Shown: positions 14,154 through 27,449 of the stretch, piece by piece | Layout: each line of letters begins with the position of its first letter | Numbering within the stretch: position 1 is the first letter of the stretch | DNA from: Octopus sinensis | Taxonomy: Eukaryota | DNA length: 64,000 bases | NCBI RefSeq assembly: GCF_006345805.1 | Contig: NC_043005.1 | Coordinates: 89,528,001 to 89,592,000 of the forward strand | Direction of reading: 5' to 3' | Notes under the pieces: generated by a model | Seen by the model: the letters and a program-made list of their open reading frames with translations, nothing else | Databases searched by the model: none | Told to the model about the DNA's origin: nothing | Translations under genes and position numbers: made by a program

Positions 14154-14158
<5 letters not shown>
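13593..14158 (-). mobile_element. Non-autonomous Helitron retaining the C-terminus of the PIF1-type helicase
   Basis: Minus strand: A|TCTCTATATAAACGG 5' end, (CTGT)-like repeat, 3' hairpin CCGGGCAACGCCGGG then CTAG|T. ORF 13715-13966 has INKSQGQTL...CFAHGQLYVGCSRV...NIVY. Confidence 0.9.
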
Positions 14159-14191
<33 letters not shown>

Positions 14192-15458
14192 TCATCATCG
14201 TTTAAGGTCCACTTCTCATGCTAGCTTGGGTTGGATGATTTGACTGAGGTCTGGCGAACCAGATGGCTGCTCTAGACTCCAATCTGATCTGGCAGAATTT
14301 CTACAGCTGGATGCCCTTCTTAATGCCAACCACTCCGAGAGTGTAGTGGGTGCTTTTACATGCCACTGGCATGAAGGCCAGTCAGGCAGTACTGGCAACG
14401 GCCACACTCAAATGGTGCTTTTTAAGTGCACAGGAGCCAGTCCAGCAGCACTGGCAACGACCTTGCTCGAATGTTTTTTTCATGTGCCAGAATTTGTTAT
14501 TGATTTTTCAAAACTAGAAAAGTTTGGTTCTGTGGCAGAGTATCAGTTCAAGGTTTGAATAGAATCAAAAGAATTTGATTTTTGCTTGCCATGAGGTGTG
14601 AGGACCTCCCCCTCCAAAAACTGAAAATAAACTAATCCTTTTTAAAATATTGGCTGATGCCAACTCTTTAATTACTCAGATCTATTTACATCAGATTACA
14701 CCAGCTTACGTTACTTTGTCTTTTGCTAAGCCTGTGCACCTTTCCACAAGTTTTTCTTTGCAGCTACTCACTGCTCTTACTCTTCTAACTACCATTAGTC
14801 GCTGCATGAAAATATTTAGTCTGTAAACAAAACTAGTAACATGCAGAGGAGGTAGGCGTCTGCATAGACTGCTAAAACTATTTTGGGGCAACATCCCCCT
14901 CGCCCAAATTTGTATTAGCTACCTTTTATTAAGGGGTTGAGTAAAGGTGTTGCTATTACCTTTTGTTAAAGGAACTGTTAGAGGTGTTAACGTTTAGCTT
15001 TTGGTTTTAAGGGAATTACTGTAGGAGATATGACATGTTGAAATAGAGATCTTTGTTAGTTGACTAAGAGATGAGTTGTTAACAAAAATCATTCTGGGTT
15101 TCTGTGTTGTGATTTATCATTCTATGAGTGTGTGTGTGTGTGGGGGGTCATTGCTTTTGTTTATCTCCAAGTCAGCCCTGATTGAGCACATCTATGGTCA
15201 AAGACATGACAACTCTGCTCATTTCATATTTTCTTTATAAAATCCACAGTATACCGAAGACCACAAATTCAAATGTGTTATTTTTAACTCTGTAGGGTGT
15301 CATTCAAGAGGAATTTGTGTGCTCTTTCTGGTCATTGCCTGTTTTTCTGTGGTTTCTATGGCTGGATGCCCTTCCTAACACTAACCACTTTAGAGAGTGT
15401 ACTGGGTGCTTTTTATGTGGTACCATCACCAGTGCTTTTTACCTGGCATCATAAATAT

Positions 15459-15494
<36 letters not shown>

Positions 15495-15553
15495 CTATAT
15501 ATATATATATATATATATATCTATATATATATATATATATATATCTCTATATA

Positions 15554-16790
15554 CGAGGGGCGTTCAATAAGTAATGCCCCTGACCCACTTCCCATAGCAG
15601 TAGAGCAACGACACTTGGCACAGAGTTATGCATTTCTCCCATCGTTTGATACAGCTCTGGGAACCGTTTTTGTAGAAGACCCCAGCTTGGTCCTCCAACC
15701 ATGACGTGACTTCAGAAATCAAGGCTGCATCATCTGGGAAACGCTTTCCTTTCAAAATCAACTTCATGGCTGGGAAGAGGTGAAAATCAGAGGGTGCAAG
15801 GGGAGGAGTTCATAGCTGCACGCCTGTGCTTCTGATCTGGCGACACGCGAGTTGTGGGCCGGAGCGTTGTCCTGCAGGAGGAGGATGCCTTTGCTGATCT
15901 TGCCCCGCCTCTTGATTTTGATAGCTTCTCTTAATTTCCTCAAAAGTGAAGCATAATAGGCTCCTGTAATTGTGGTACCCATTGCCAGGAAATCTGTCAT
16001 CACTACTCCGTCCTGGTCCCAGAAGACTGTGAGCATAACCTTGTCAGCGGAGGGCTGCACCCTTGCCTTCTTTGGAGGAGGTGAGTCACGGTGCTTTCAC
16101 TGCATTGACTGGGCTTTGGTCTATGGATCATAGTGATGGACCCAGGTTTTATCCTGTGTGATCAGTCTTTTGAAAAATTTTGACTCATCTTCTTGGCACA
16201 TCTCCAAATTCATCCTCGAGCACTCAACGCATTCTTGCTTCTGGAAAGGTGTGAGCAACCTGGAAATCCATCTGGCAGACACCTTTTGCATATGCAAATG
16301 GTCATGAATGATAGTTTCCGCAGACCCGGTACTAATCTTGACCTTATGGGCTATTTGGCGAATAGTTATGCGTTGACCTTCCAAAATGGCAGCCTCAACT
16401 TGACGGACAGACGTCTCATCAACGGCAGAAGGGGGCGACCAGATCTGGGAGCTGTTTCCACAGAGTTCCGACTATGTTTGAATTCACAATGCCAGCGTTT
16501 TACAAGGCCATATGATGGGGCATCATCACCATAAGATACTTTTATTTCATCAAAAGTCTCCCGTGGTGTGCGTCCTTTCAAATACAAAAACCAGATCACT
16601 GCTCGACACTCAACAGGCTCCATTTCACACTTGACTCAGTTCAAACACCTGTAAATCAGAAACCACAATTAGTTCAGAGCTGTAATTCGCCACTTAATCT
16701 ATAGAGGTATAAATAAGTGCACATGCAAAATTTCAGCTAGATCAAACAACTGCAAGTGGGTCAGGGGCATTACTTATTGAACGCCCCTCG
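15554..16790 (-). mobile_element. Mariner (DD34D, irritans-like) transposon, TIR-complete, transposase frameshifted
   Basis: Perfect 37-bp TIRs (CGAGGGGCGTTCAATAAGTAATGCCCCTGACCCACTT), TA on both sides. ORF pieces 16366-16623, 16121-16384, 15764-16060, 15564-15767 carry PRSGRP, QDKTWVHHYDP, KVMLTVFWD and LLQDNAPAH. The YSPDL segment present in the second copy is deleted here. Confidence 0.96.
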
Positions 16791-17105
16791 TATTTATATA
16801 TATATATATACATACACATTCCTGAGACTGGTCTCGTGATGCTGAATTCCTGTAACTTGGTAAATGGTGATACCTAACGGGCACTGCATGAAGAATACAT
16901 CTTTTCACTTGTTTGAAGTTTTATTATTCTTAGATTTAATCTCAATATGTGTCTTCTCTCTAATGGTGTTAATAAAACAATTATGTTATTTTGGCTGGCT
17001 ACACTACAAAATTACCACATTATTACAAAAATCCTTTAAAATACATCAATTATTATTTTCCAATATTGATTGTTGTTTTTTTAAACAATTTTTTCTTTCT
17101 TTCAG

Positions 17106-17189
17106 GCTTCGATGGATCTACCTCCTGACAAAGCCAAAGTACTCAAAGGTTACGACGATGAGAAAAAATGGGACCTTATCTGTGATCAG
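17106..17189 (+). CDS. FMNL: Formin-like (FMNL/FRL) internal exon, GTPase-binding region: [28 protein letters not shown]
   Basis: Polypyrimidine tract + ttcag acceptor ending 17105; 84 nt (28 codons); CAG|gtaatt donor at 17190. Peptide matches the FMNL motif M[DN]LPPDKAxxLxxYDxEKKW[DE]LICDQ. Confidence 0.95.
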
Positions 17190-19639
17190 GTAATTTCTTC
17201 AAGTCATATATGTTTGTTTTTATCATTGTTTATTCTCTTTTTTTTCCATTGCTCTTTTATGATGAAAGTAACAGAAATTAGTTGTGGTTGTTTTTTGGCA
17301 AAATGAAATGTTTGGTGGATAAAGCTTGTAGCCTTTTTGTCACCAACCCATTTCTGACTGTTCCTGCTTCTATGATAGACATTTCATGTTCCAACTGCCC
17401 AGATCTAGCCTTTCACACCTAACCTTCAATGTCATACTAAAAATAGTCACGTCAAAATCCCAAAGCTATAAGGTAATTCCATAATTAATTCAAAGCAATG
17501 TGAATAAATATGCCAATGGGTTAGAGTTAAGATAATCTGAATGCTAAAGAGTTAAGTCAAAAGTGTCCATTAAAATTTTAAGTTCATTTATGTTCCAAAC
17601 ACCAGTTTTAATAATTTCAATAGTGTTTCACTAAATTTGGTGAAATAAACTCTAGCAATGTTTTGCCCCATGCAGAAAGTGCAGGAGCCACTCACGGGTT
17701 TCACAAGCTCTTCTAAATCCATTGCAATGTTGGAAACCCTTCCCTGTTGTCAGCAGGTAAGTCAGGGTCACTAGCGGTTCGCCCTTTAGCCTGTGCACTT
17801 CACCTGAGTGGGGCAGCGACGACTGAGCTAGTCTACAAAAGAGTTCCACATGTGGTCTCTTATTCTTCATTATTTTCAAAGTTAATTGAGAAAATAGCTA
17901 TGTGTTTCAATAGAAATATGGTAGTGAAAGCGTTAAAATACTTCTTTCCTAAGCGGAAGATGATAATTAAAAGCTCTGTTTCGCAGATACTAGTTTCTCT
18001 ATCTTTTGAAACCAGACTTGATGGCTCTGCACTTAACAACAGTGAGCTTGTGTGTCAGATGGTACAGTCTGCTAATGAAATCCTATTTTTGTCATCCCCT
18101 TTGTACATGCTTAAAGTTGAGGGGTTCAATTTATGAAAGAATTATTTCATATAAAATCTTCCTGAAAAAAAGAAAGAAAAAAGTGTTTTGTTACTTTTCC
18201 CCTACCTATGTTTCTTTATTTTTTCTTTTTTTTCTCTCCGTTGAGCCTGTTTTAATATTTATATAATACAAATGCTGATTATGTTTCATAGATGGCATTT
18301 AGCTAGACATTTTCAAAAACCCGCTGAAGCTCTAATCCTTGTTAATGGCCTTAACTAGATTACATCTATTCTACTCACTCAGTTTGAAGCTGTTGTCTAC
18401 TTTTTTTTTTTTCATCCTCTTGCCTGTTGTTTCATCTCATAAATGTTTCATTCATTGATAGCAGCAGCTCACACTCAGTGGAGTGTGGCTATCTGTGTCA
18501 CCAGTGGAGACTACTTCAAATATGCATATAGTTCGTTATCTTTTAACTGTTGTTAAGCCCCCACCTCTGGTCCCCACCATAAAAAATGAATTTCATGGCG
18601 ACCACCCTATCTAATTAGTTCTTAATGACTGGGTTTGTCTCCATTGTAAATGAAATTTGCATTTTATCTGGCGTTTCTAGCAGCATTGTTTCCATGACCT
18701 CTGACCCTATACAGTTGCTAACTCTGTATCAACTTACCTGCTTGCTTTATTTCAGCTTAAAAGCAATCATGCTTACAGTGTTCAGAGGAAGATATTATCT
18801 GGATATAACATCATCCTAAATAAATAGAAGTTGGGTTTTTTGTGATCTGAGATATCCTTTAACATGTGTTCAGCTATAACAACTTCAAGGAGAGAACATA
18901 TGAGCTGTGAATTTCATGCCTTTACCAAGAATATATTAGTGTAATAAGGAATTGAACCTGCCATGCAGATTTTACATGTTGAAAGCTTACCACATTTGCT
19001 ATGGCATTTACCTCTCTACATTCACCCTGTACTAGAATATCATTCATACACCTGGTACAATGCACTTTTCGTATATTTATGCATTCTAGAGATTGCATCA
19101 GAAGTAACTATTCACTGATAAGCTAAACCTTAATCACCAACACTTCTTTTAGCTCTAAGAACCCAATCAATCTGTGGCTCTATTCTACAGCAGCTTTATA
19201 GCTTCCATGTGATGTAGCCTCTTGCTACCATCTTCTCTGTGTCTCGTGAAACACAAAATTAATCTCTTTTCCTAATCCTTTCTATCAAAACATAAGCTGT
19301 TTAGAAGTCCCTCTTTGTCTCTCTATATTCCTCTTTGTCTCTCTATTCTTTTGGTCGATATTCTCCACTAACTTCTTTCCAATATAAGTTACACATCAAC
19401 TCTACTGACCTCATCCAGTCATAGTGAATTGAACAAACAAGGACAGCCTAAAAGAAGACTATAAGGGCTTCTGCAAAGGCACCCAACCCTAAAACTTTGT
19501 GTGTGCATAAAATTCAATGAACTCCTGTTTTCATTAAATTATATTCTACTCCCACTCAATTAGTGCTCCTTATTGCTGATCAACAAACAAACAGGACTAT
19601 ATATCACTTTTTAGAGTTCTCTCTACAGATTTTCTATGA

Positions 19640-19751
19640 AATTTAGAACCAGCCCTGAAAGTTGTGAGGTTTCATATACGCATACATTACATTGTTTACA
19701 TAGACGTATTCATAGATGAAACCTCATGAATTTCAGTGTTGGTTCTAAATT
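19640..19751 (+). other. Long hairpin (36-bp stem)
   Basis: aatttagaaccagccctgaaagttgtgaggtttcat / atgaaacctcatgaatttcagtgttggttctaaatt. Confidence 0.8.
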
Positions 19752-20761
19752 ATGACCTTTGAACCTCAAAGATATGCCCTGGCACTTGCCTCCATCTATA
19801 TCTCTCTCTTCTTTTACTCAACCATTCCATTTATATTCTGATCCCTGTCCCTTGTGAGTATGCTCGGCACTTTGCTACCATCTCTATCCTGCTGTCTCCC
19901 ATTCTCTCTCTCTCCTCCTCCTGCACCTCCCTCAGGTTGGGTAACCATGTATTTCCTTTGCGGCAATGCACCTGTTTCTGTCCTCATTCCTAATCCATCT
20001 GTCTGTCTGTCTGTCTCTCTCTCTGGCCAGGTAACCTTGTACCTCCTCTACAGCAAGACACCAGTTTCTCTCTCACTATAACCTTTCATCATCTGACACC
20101 AGATCACCTCCTCCAATGCCCCCTCCCCTCTCAAAGGACCTTTGTCTTTCAAGTTACTTGATGACCCTGTCAATGCAGGTGTCACTTAAACATCCAGTCC
20201 ACACTGTAAAGTGGTTGGCATTTGGAAGAGCATCCAGCTGTAAAAACCATACCAAAACTGACCTCACCTGTGTTCGTACCATGTAAAAAGCACCGAGTCC
20301 ACTTTGCTGGGTGGTTGGTGTTAGGAAGGAGATCCAGCTGTAAAAATCCTGCCAAAACAGTCACAGAAGTCAGGTGCAGGCTTCTGCCTGGCTGGTTCCT
20401 GTCAAACGGTCCCACCCAAATGATGATCTATAGAGATAACTTAAGAGTGATCTTATCGCTCTGCTATCACAGGTAGGACACAGAAATAACTTATAGACCT
20501 TTGATATACTTGGTAGTATATTGCAGTTGCAAGGAAATATGGCATCCCTACCAATAATTAATCTTTGCAACTATGACTGTCCATGGCTTTGGCATGACTT
20601 GATAAGCTTTCTCCATACAGGTCAGTTTTTGGGTTGTGTTTACTATTATGATCAATTCTTTTCAACTTCATATTCCTTTTTGCATGTCTTTCAATCCCTG
20701 TCTAGGTCTTCCATGGTTTCTTTCCCCTTACATTAATAAGCACTATATAAATATATATATA

Positions 20762-21108
20762 GTGGTCGATGCCAGGTCCGCCTAGCTGGCCCCCATGCTG
20801 GTGGCACGTAAAAAGCACTATCCGAATATGGCTGATGCCAGCGCCCCCTGACTGGTTCTTGTGCTGGTGGCACGTAAAAAGCACAATCTGAATGTGATCA
20901 ATGCCAGGGCTGCCTGACTGGCTCCTGTGCTGGTGGCACGTAAAAAGCACCCACTACACTCTTAGAGTGGTTGGCGTTAGGAAGGGAATCCAGCTGTAGA
21001 AACACTGCCAGATCAGATTGGAGCCTGGTGCAGCCTACTGGCTTACCAGACCTCAGTCAAACTGTCCAACCCATACTAGCATGGAAAACGGATGTTAAAC
21101 GATGATGA
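20762..21108 (+). mobile_element. Family C (RTE 3' UTR-derived) with three ~65-bp internal tandem units (other copies at ~5705-6060, 8865-9145, 14189-14490, 19760-20430, 35875-36245, 38104-38270, 49300-49432, 51755-52090)
   Basis: Units ending gctggtggcacgtaaaaagcac; core ggcgttaggaaggg(c/a)atccagctgtagaaa; tail ccatgctagcatgg-like...gttaaacgatgatgat. Confidence 0.85.
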
Positions 21109-21794
21109 TATATATATTCGTCATATATATATATATATGGTGTGTGTATACACATATGTATCAGTGTTAAAATTCTATTTTGAGGAATCATTTTTGAACA
21201 TCTCTGTATCATTTTACATCAACCTGTCCCATTTTCAATGTTACCTTGTCATGGCCATGCTACAACCATTCCTCCCATCCTGGGTATTACTATTCTTGCA
21301 TTGAGGTTCAGAAAGCTGTGCTTCTCATCATGTTGCAAAATATTTTTCATAAGTAAAAATAAATTACAGCCCCTTTTTTTTCTATTCTCCTTAACTACAT
21401 TATTTGAAAGTTATTTAGAAGATGGGGCTTACAGAGGCTGGTTATTGACTCTGCATCTTAATATTGCCTGTGCAGCTTAAAGCAGTAGACTCGCTGCCTT
21501 TTATTATTGCAGAATGTTGAGGAGGAATGTAGAATATAGTTAGACCCATGTCACCAATTATAAAGTTGGTTTACTTACCAAACATGCAACTAAACTAGGA
21601 GCTTCTGGTGGTAACCAAATATAGACTAGAATTTGAAGCCTGGTCGGTAATGTATACCTTATTGTAAAGAGCTCGGATTTCTTTACCTTTTTAATAATTT
21701 TTCTGATTATCTCTGTTACAATGGGTTTGACAATCTTAAAATTGTGGTTAGTTGCTTAGAAATAGGGTAATAATAATAATAATAATAATAATAA

Positions 21795-22304
21795 TTCTTT
21801 CTAATTTTGGTACAAGGCCAACAATTTTGAGGAGGGGGGGTAAGTTGACCCTTTCACTCATAATAATAATAATAATAATAATAAGGATGATGATGATGAT
21901 CCTTTCTAACCTAAGCACAAAGCCTGAAATCTGGGGAAAGGGATTAAGTTGATTACAGCGACCCCAGTGCATAACTGGTACTTATCTAATTGACCCTGAA
22001 AGGATGAAAGGCAAAGTCAACCTCAGTGAAATTTGAACTCAGAACTTACTACTACTACCACTAATACTATTGATATTAACTCTCCTTTCTACTATAGGCA
22101 CAAGGTCTGAAATTATGTGGTGGTGGTGGGGGGGAATAGTTGATTACATTGACCCCAGCGCTTGACTAGTACTCATTGTATTGACCCCGAAAGGATGAAA
22201 CACAAAGTGGACTACGGCAGAATTTGAACTCAGAATGTAAAGGACGGATGGACTGCTGCCAACCATTTTGTATGGCATGCTAACGATTCTGCCAGCTCAT
22301 CACC

Positions 22305-22354
<50 letters not shown>

Positions 22355-22860
22355 TCTACTCTGGGCATAATGGCTTGAAAACTTTTTGCAGAAGGGGGTT
22401 AGTTGATTACATCGACCCCAGTGTGTAACTGGTACTTATTTCATTGACCCTGAAAGGATGAAAGGCAAAATTGACTTCGGCAGAATTTGAACTCAGAATA
22501 TGAAAATGGATGAAATGCTGTTAAACATTTTATTTGGTGTGCTGATGCCTGTGCCAGCTCACAGCCTTAATAATCCTTTCTATTATAGGTACAAGGCCTG
22601 AAATTTTGGAGGAGGGAGCTAGTTAATTTCATCAACCCCCAGTGTTTCACTCCTACATTGACAGTTCGATATTTAAGAGATGAGGAATTATTTACATTTG
22701 ACGGATATTTGTCCTCATCTTGTTTGTTGTTAACGCAATGTTTCTGTTTTGGCTGAGATACCCTCCTACCTTGACCTTGACAGGATTTGAACTAAGAATG
22801 TAGAGCCAAAAGAAATCCTGCTAAGCATTTTTATCAAGTGGGCTAATTGTTTTGCTCTGT
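21795..22860 (-). mobile_element. Second array of ~5-6 SINE family B copies within (AAT)n/(ATT)n tracts
   Basis: Same block as 2765-3830, with AAT/ATT/ACT triplet spacers. Confidence 0.88.
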
Positions 22861-23771
22861 TAATAATAATTGAGGACCTGATGAACATGATAATTATAAA
22901 GACGATAGGAACTCTAGCTGTTGGCTCTTATATGACTATAGTAGTTTTTTTTTTGTCCATTAAAGATGTTTATAGCGTCTCAGTGTCTTAGATGATTATT
23001 CAGCTAAGTCAAAGATTGTGAAACTGCAGGGATCCAGCTCATACTAATGCTTTCAGTAATAAGAGATGTTATTGGGGCCTATTTCTGTAGAGGAAGTTCT
23101 GATCAGTTGCTTAAAAACAACTTTTGGTAAAGGTTAGAGGTTTAGATTATTGTTCTGATGCTTATGCTTCCAATGGGTCAGACGGAATTCATTGAGGTAA
23201 ATTTTCTTCAGCTGGATGCCCTTCCTGTCACCAACCCTCACTTGTTTCCATGTAAGGTAATAGTTTCCCATGGTCAAATATATTTTTCACAGAAGATTAG
23301 AAATCAATGACACCAATTATAAGATTGTGTAACTGTTGTAATCCAATGTCAGACTGTTATAGTGTCTACTCCAGTATAGCAGCATAGTTATTTAGACTAG
23401 TGAGGCATGACTCTCTATGACCGACTTCTTGACCTCCTACTTCACAGTATTTGTAATGACTATCGCATACCGCTCATCATGATAGAGGGGTGTTCCATTC
23501 CATTATTATTATTATCCCCCGTAACAGTAACATCAAAAGGGGACACAGACATATGCATGCACATACATGCACATGCACACCCACCCACCTAGGATGAGTG
23601 GACAAACGAAAGAAAGAGGCATTCAACACATTTAGTAGGAGTCACATATATTATTTTTTTTTTTTAGAAAGGTTTGATTTGGCCGCATGGGATTTAGTTT
23701 CGTAGGCTTCTTACAGAAACCTGGCTTGTTGGGCTATATTTATATATGTATGTTTATATCTATCTATCTAT

Positions 23772-23843
<72 letters not shown>

Positions 23844-26800
23844 GTAAAATGTTATTATTATAAAGTCATAAATTTGGGGCAAAACAGATCCATCCTGGTA
23901 TTTATTTTGCTCCTCCTCTTCCTCTCGAAAGGGTGAAATGATGAAATACAAAGCTGACAGCAAATGATGGTGGTGTTGCAGGGAGTGGGGTTCTTTGGGC
24001 ACAACTATATTACACAGCAGGACATTTTTTTGCTTCTGTCATATTTCTTGCCCCCCCCCCCTGTATTATTACTATTAGTATAATTATTATTATTATTATC
24101 CTATTTTTAATTTTCTGAGCCTAGTTGTCACGTAGACAGAGCTTAAATATCAGTTTTCATTCTATTAAACAACATCCTGCACAAGAGATACACTTAGCTT
24201 GTATAATAATGATGATGATGATGATGTTTAGTTCCTTAGTAACACTTTTGGTAAGAGTGAAACCTGAGATTGACAATTATCCAATTTATACGTGGGACTG
24301 AATCAATGGTAAATTTATTGTCTAGACTTGAACTAGAAAACTCTAGGCTCTCATACTTCTTACCAACCGTCTGAGCCAGTTTATTTGCCTCAGTGTTCAT
24401 GGATTATATTTGCTGTAGTGTTGTTGTTGTTGTTGTTGTTGAGTGGAAGTCAGTGTAAATGCTGTTCATTAACAGTTCAAGGCTCAAGAAGTTCTCCGAA
24501 ACCCTTTCTGTCGTTGAGATCAATAAACAAGTTCCTGTTACATGATACAATCGTATTGCTTCTCTTTCTAGCTCTCCCTCTCTGTGTCTCTCTCGTCTTT
24601 TTCTCACCTTCTTTCCCCTCTTCACATTCCCCCTCTCTCCCTCTAGCTTACTCTTTTATCTTCTCCCTCCTTTCCTCTCTTTATCTCTCTCTCCCATTTT
24701 CTTATCCTCTGCGTTTTATTCTCTAGCTTCACTCCCTGTTTTTAAGCTGTTGTTGTTGATGATGATGATGATGACATCACTGACGGTGGTGGTGGTGGTG
24801 GTATTTTCCTGTCATTTTCTCACTTAAGTGTTAACTTCTCAATTTCTTATGATGTCCCCCCCTCCCTTGATAATATGTTCTCTGTCATCTTAATTGTTCT
24901 CCTTCCTTTTTCTCTTTTTTTCTTCCTTAACCTCTTATCTCATTTATTGATATAAAAACTTGAAAATTAGATAAAATAAGAACAAGTCTCATTCGAGAGA
25001 TTATTGAGGGTTTTTATTATCTTTCCTGAGCAACTTCCTGGTAATAAATTGAAACCTTGGCCCCCTAACGACTAATTGTTCCATTATTTCTCCTTCAGTG
25101 TCCTTCAGCACTGTAACCAATCCTTCTCAGTAGATGGAGTTGGGGTTTTTTTCTCTCTTTCATCCTAATCATATGACAGGTTTTTTCCCATGCTGCATGA
25201 TCTACAATAATGAATTCTTGAAAATGGCAAAATGGCACACAAATTACGCGTGAAATAGACTGTTTAAATGAGCCTCATGTTATGACTGGTACTTGTTTAG
25301 TTTTGACTCTATTGATCCCCAGAAGAACTGAAAGCAGAATTTGATCAATAAGTCCTTGTGGTTGCAAAGCATGGACTCTGAACAAATCTGAGGAGAACAT
25401 TTGCAACATGGGTGTGTATAGGAGAATGTTCTGAATCCTCTTACAAGGATTCTCAGACGAACGAATGGATGTGAGGAAAGAAGGTGAAAGACAACAACAG
25501 CAGATTGGAAATGGACGCTGCTTACAATTACAACAAGGCAAGGTGATGATAGTAACCCATCAACTGCATGTGTCTCTGTATACTTCCATTATCTCAATCA
25601 CATATACAACGTACATGTATGTATATGTCTGCTTTCATTATCTTTAACAATCATCACAAGACTAGTCACTTCCTGCGTAAACTCCTACCCCCATCTCAAC
25701 ATTAAAATGTGATTTGATTAAGTTTAAGCTGCCATATGTTCAATTAGGAAGTTTCAAGTTTTTTGTCTACTTCAGTGTTTTAATCCTCTTCTGTTGCAAA
25801 TGACTATCAAAGCTGCCATACATGAGTCAGCCCCCCCCCCCCGGTGGGGGGGGGGAGGCATTTCCTCTCAGTTGTTGCACCATTGCTATACCACCACCAA
25901 CCCTACCATCACAAAACCCACCACCACTGGTTTTGTCACACCACCATCTTTCTTATTTTTCTGTCCACAGACTATTAAGATAATTTGACTTGCTGGAAAT
26001 AGCAACCAAATCTCTCCCTCAAATTACACCTATTTCAGAAAGGTATAACATAGTAGATAATGTAATACTAAATACACTACATTTGAGCTTTAATAAAACA
26101 GGTGGTCATGGTTGGAACCACTTGTTTTAAATCTGTTGAATCAGAATTGATTTGAGGCTGAGTGATGGCAAGGACACTTCCCTCCAGATGTCACATCACC
26201 ACTCCCACTATTATCACAGACAATACCTTTGCACTGTCAAATCACCACTATCACCACCACCACCACCACACTTCTCTCATCACAAATAAAAATTTCTTTG
26301 CATCATCATCAATGGATTACTTGACCTGTTCAATGCTACAGCCACATCTCTGTCAACAAGTCCCCCCCCTTTTTTTATATAAATGAAGGTCATATGATTC
26401 AATAACACTCAAACAGGATGGCCATCACTAAAGCTAACAGCTTAATCCTTTTGCAGATCACAAGGATATAAAGAGCTGATACTTATCTCTAGATTTTCTG
26501 TAGTGTTAAGTGGATAAAACATTTAGTTCCTTCTAAATGTAACACTGTGTGTAGCTCTTCTTGCTCAGGGAATTGAACTCAATATTATAAAAGCTAATGG
26601 AAGGCCCATTAACATCACAGTATTGTTTAGGGCTAGGAGGACTCTCCCATTGAGGACCAGTTGTTTTAACCATGGACACAATGCACTACTGTTGCTAGGA
26701 TATGAACTCTTTACTTTTTGGTCTGTTATACAATACCTTATTGTCTCACAACTATAAGTGGTACACAAATACTTCATAAGGTCAGTTACTGTCATCCCAT

Positions 26801-27449
26801 CAGCTTCAGCCTGACAAGCAAATAACTTTATTTTCTAATATTTTCTGAGCCATCTTCAGAGATATTCCACCTGGCAGACTTTTTCTGGTTTTAAGATGAA
26901 CATCAACCTTTCTTACTCTTCTGACAACTTTGGTAAAAGTTGTACTATTGCCTTCAATGTAAAACCACAGTCTGCTGTGAGAATCTTCAAGCAAAATGGT
27001 GCAAGAATTTTCTAGCAAAATAATCCACAAATGGGCTGCAACTTTTTCTTGGATTGTTTCCTGTTAGACTGCACCATCCAAATCAGCTGTGCCCTTGGTT
27101 TTACACATGACTACAGATTCATTGAGAAACCATTCTTTGCCCCATATACAACGAGATCTGGAGTGACTATCTGCACAGTTATTCTTCACCTGTCTGGGCA
27201 GGTTCAGACATAAAATATGCTGCTTACTTACCGTAGTGTATGCCATAGGAGAAAAACTTCTCTTTCTTGATACCTGTGTATTCAACACATCTGGTTCCTT
27301 GGTGCACTTACATTCTGGGACATGGTTATTTCAACATGTCTCATGAACCAGACGTAGCTGGGAATCTTGAGCCAAGACAGTTTTGGTGTGGAAGAAAAGG
27401 CTTTGCTTGTGGCTTGTCGCAAGCATTGTAAGACAGGTGGCATTCATGC

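Noticed and set aside
17190-17306. ORF 17112-17306 continuing past ICDQ
   Set aside because: Homology stops at the GT donor (17190); the rest is intron read-through.
18640-19600. Possible decayed LINE 5' region
   Set aside because: Only vague Cys/His-like relics; cannot support a call.
20762-20955. HDV-like or twister ribozyme in the 65-bp units
   Set aside because: Could not place the P1.1 GG and catalytic C, or the twister pseudoknots.
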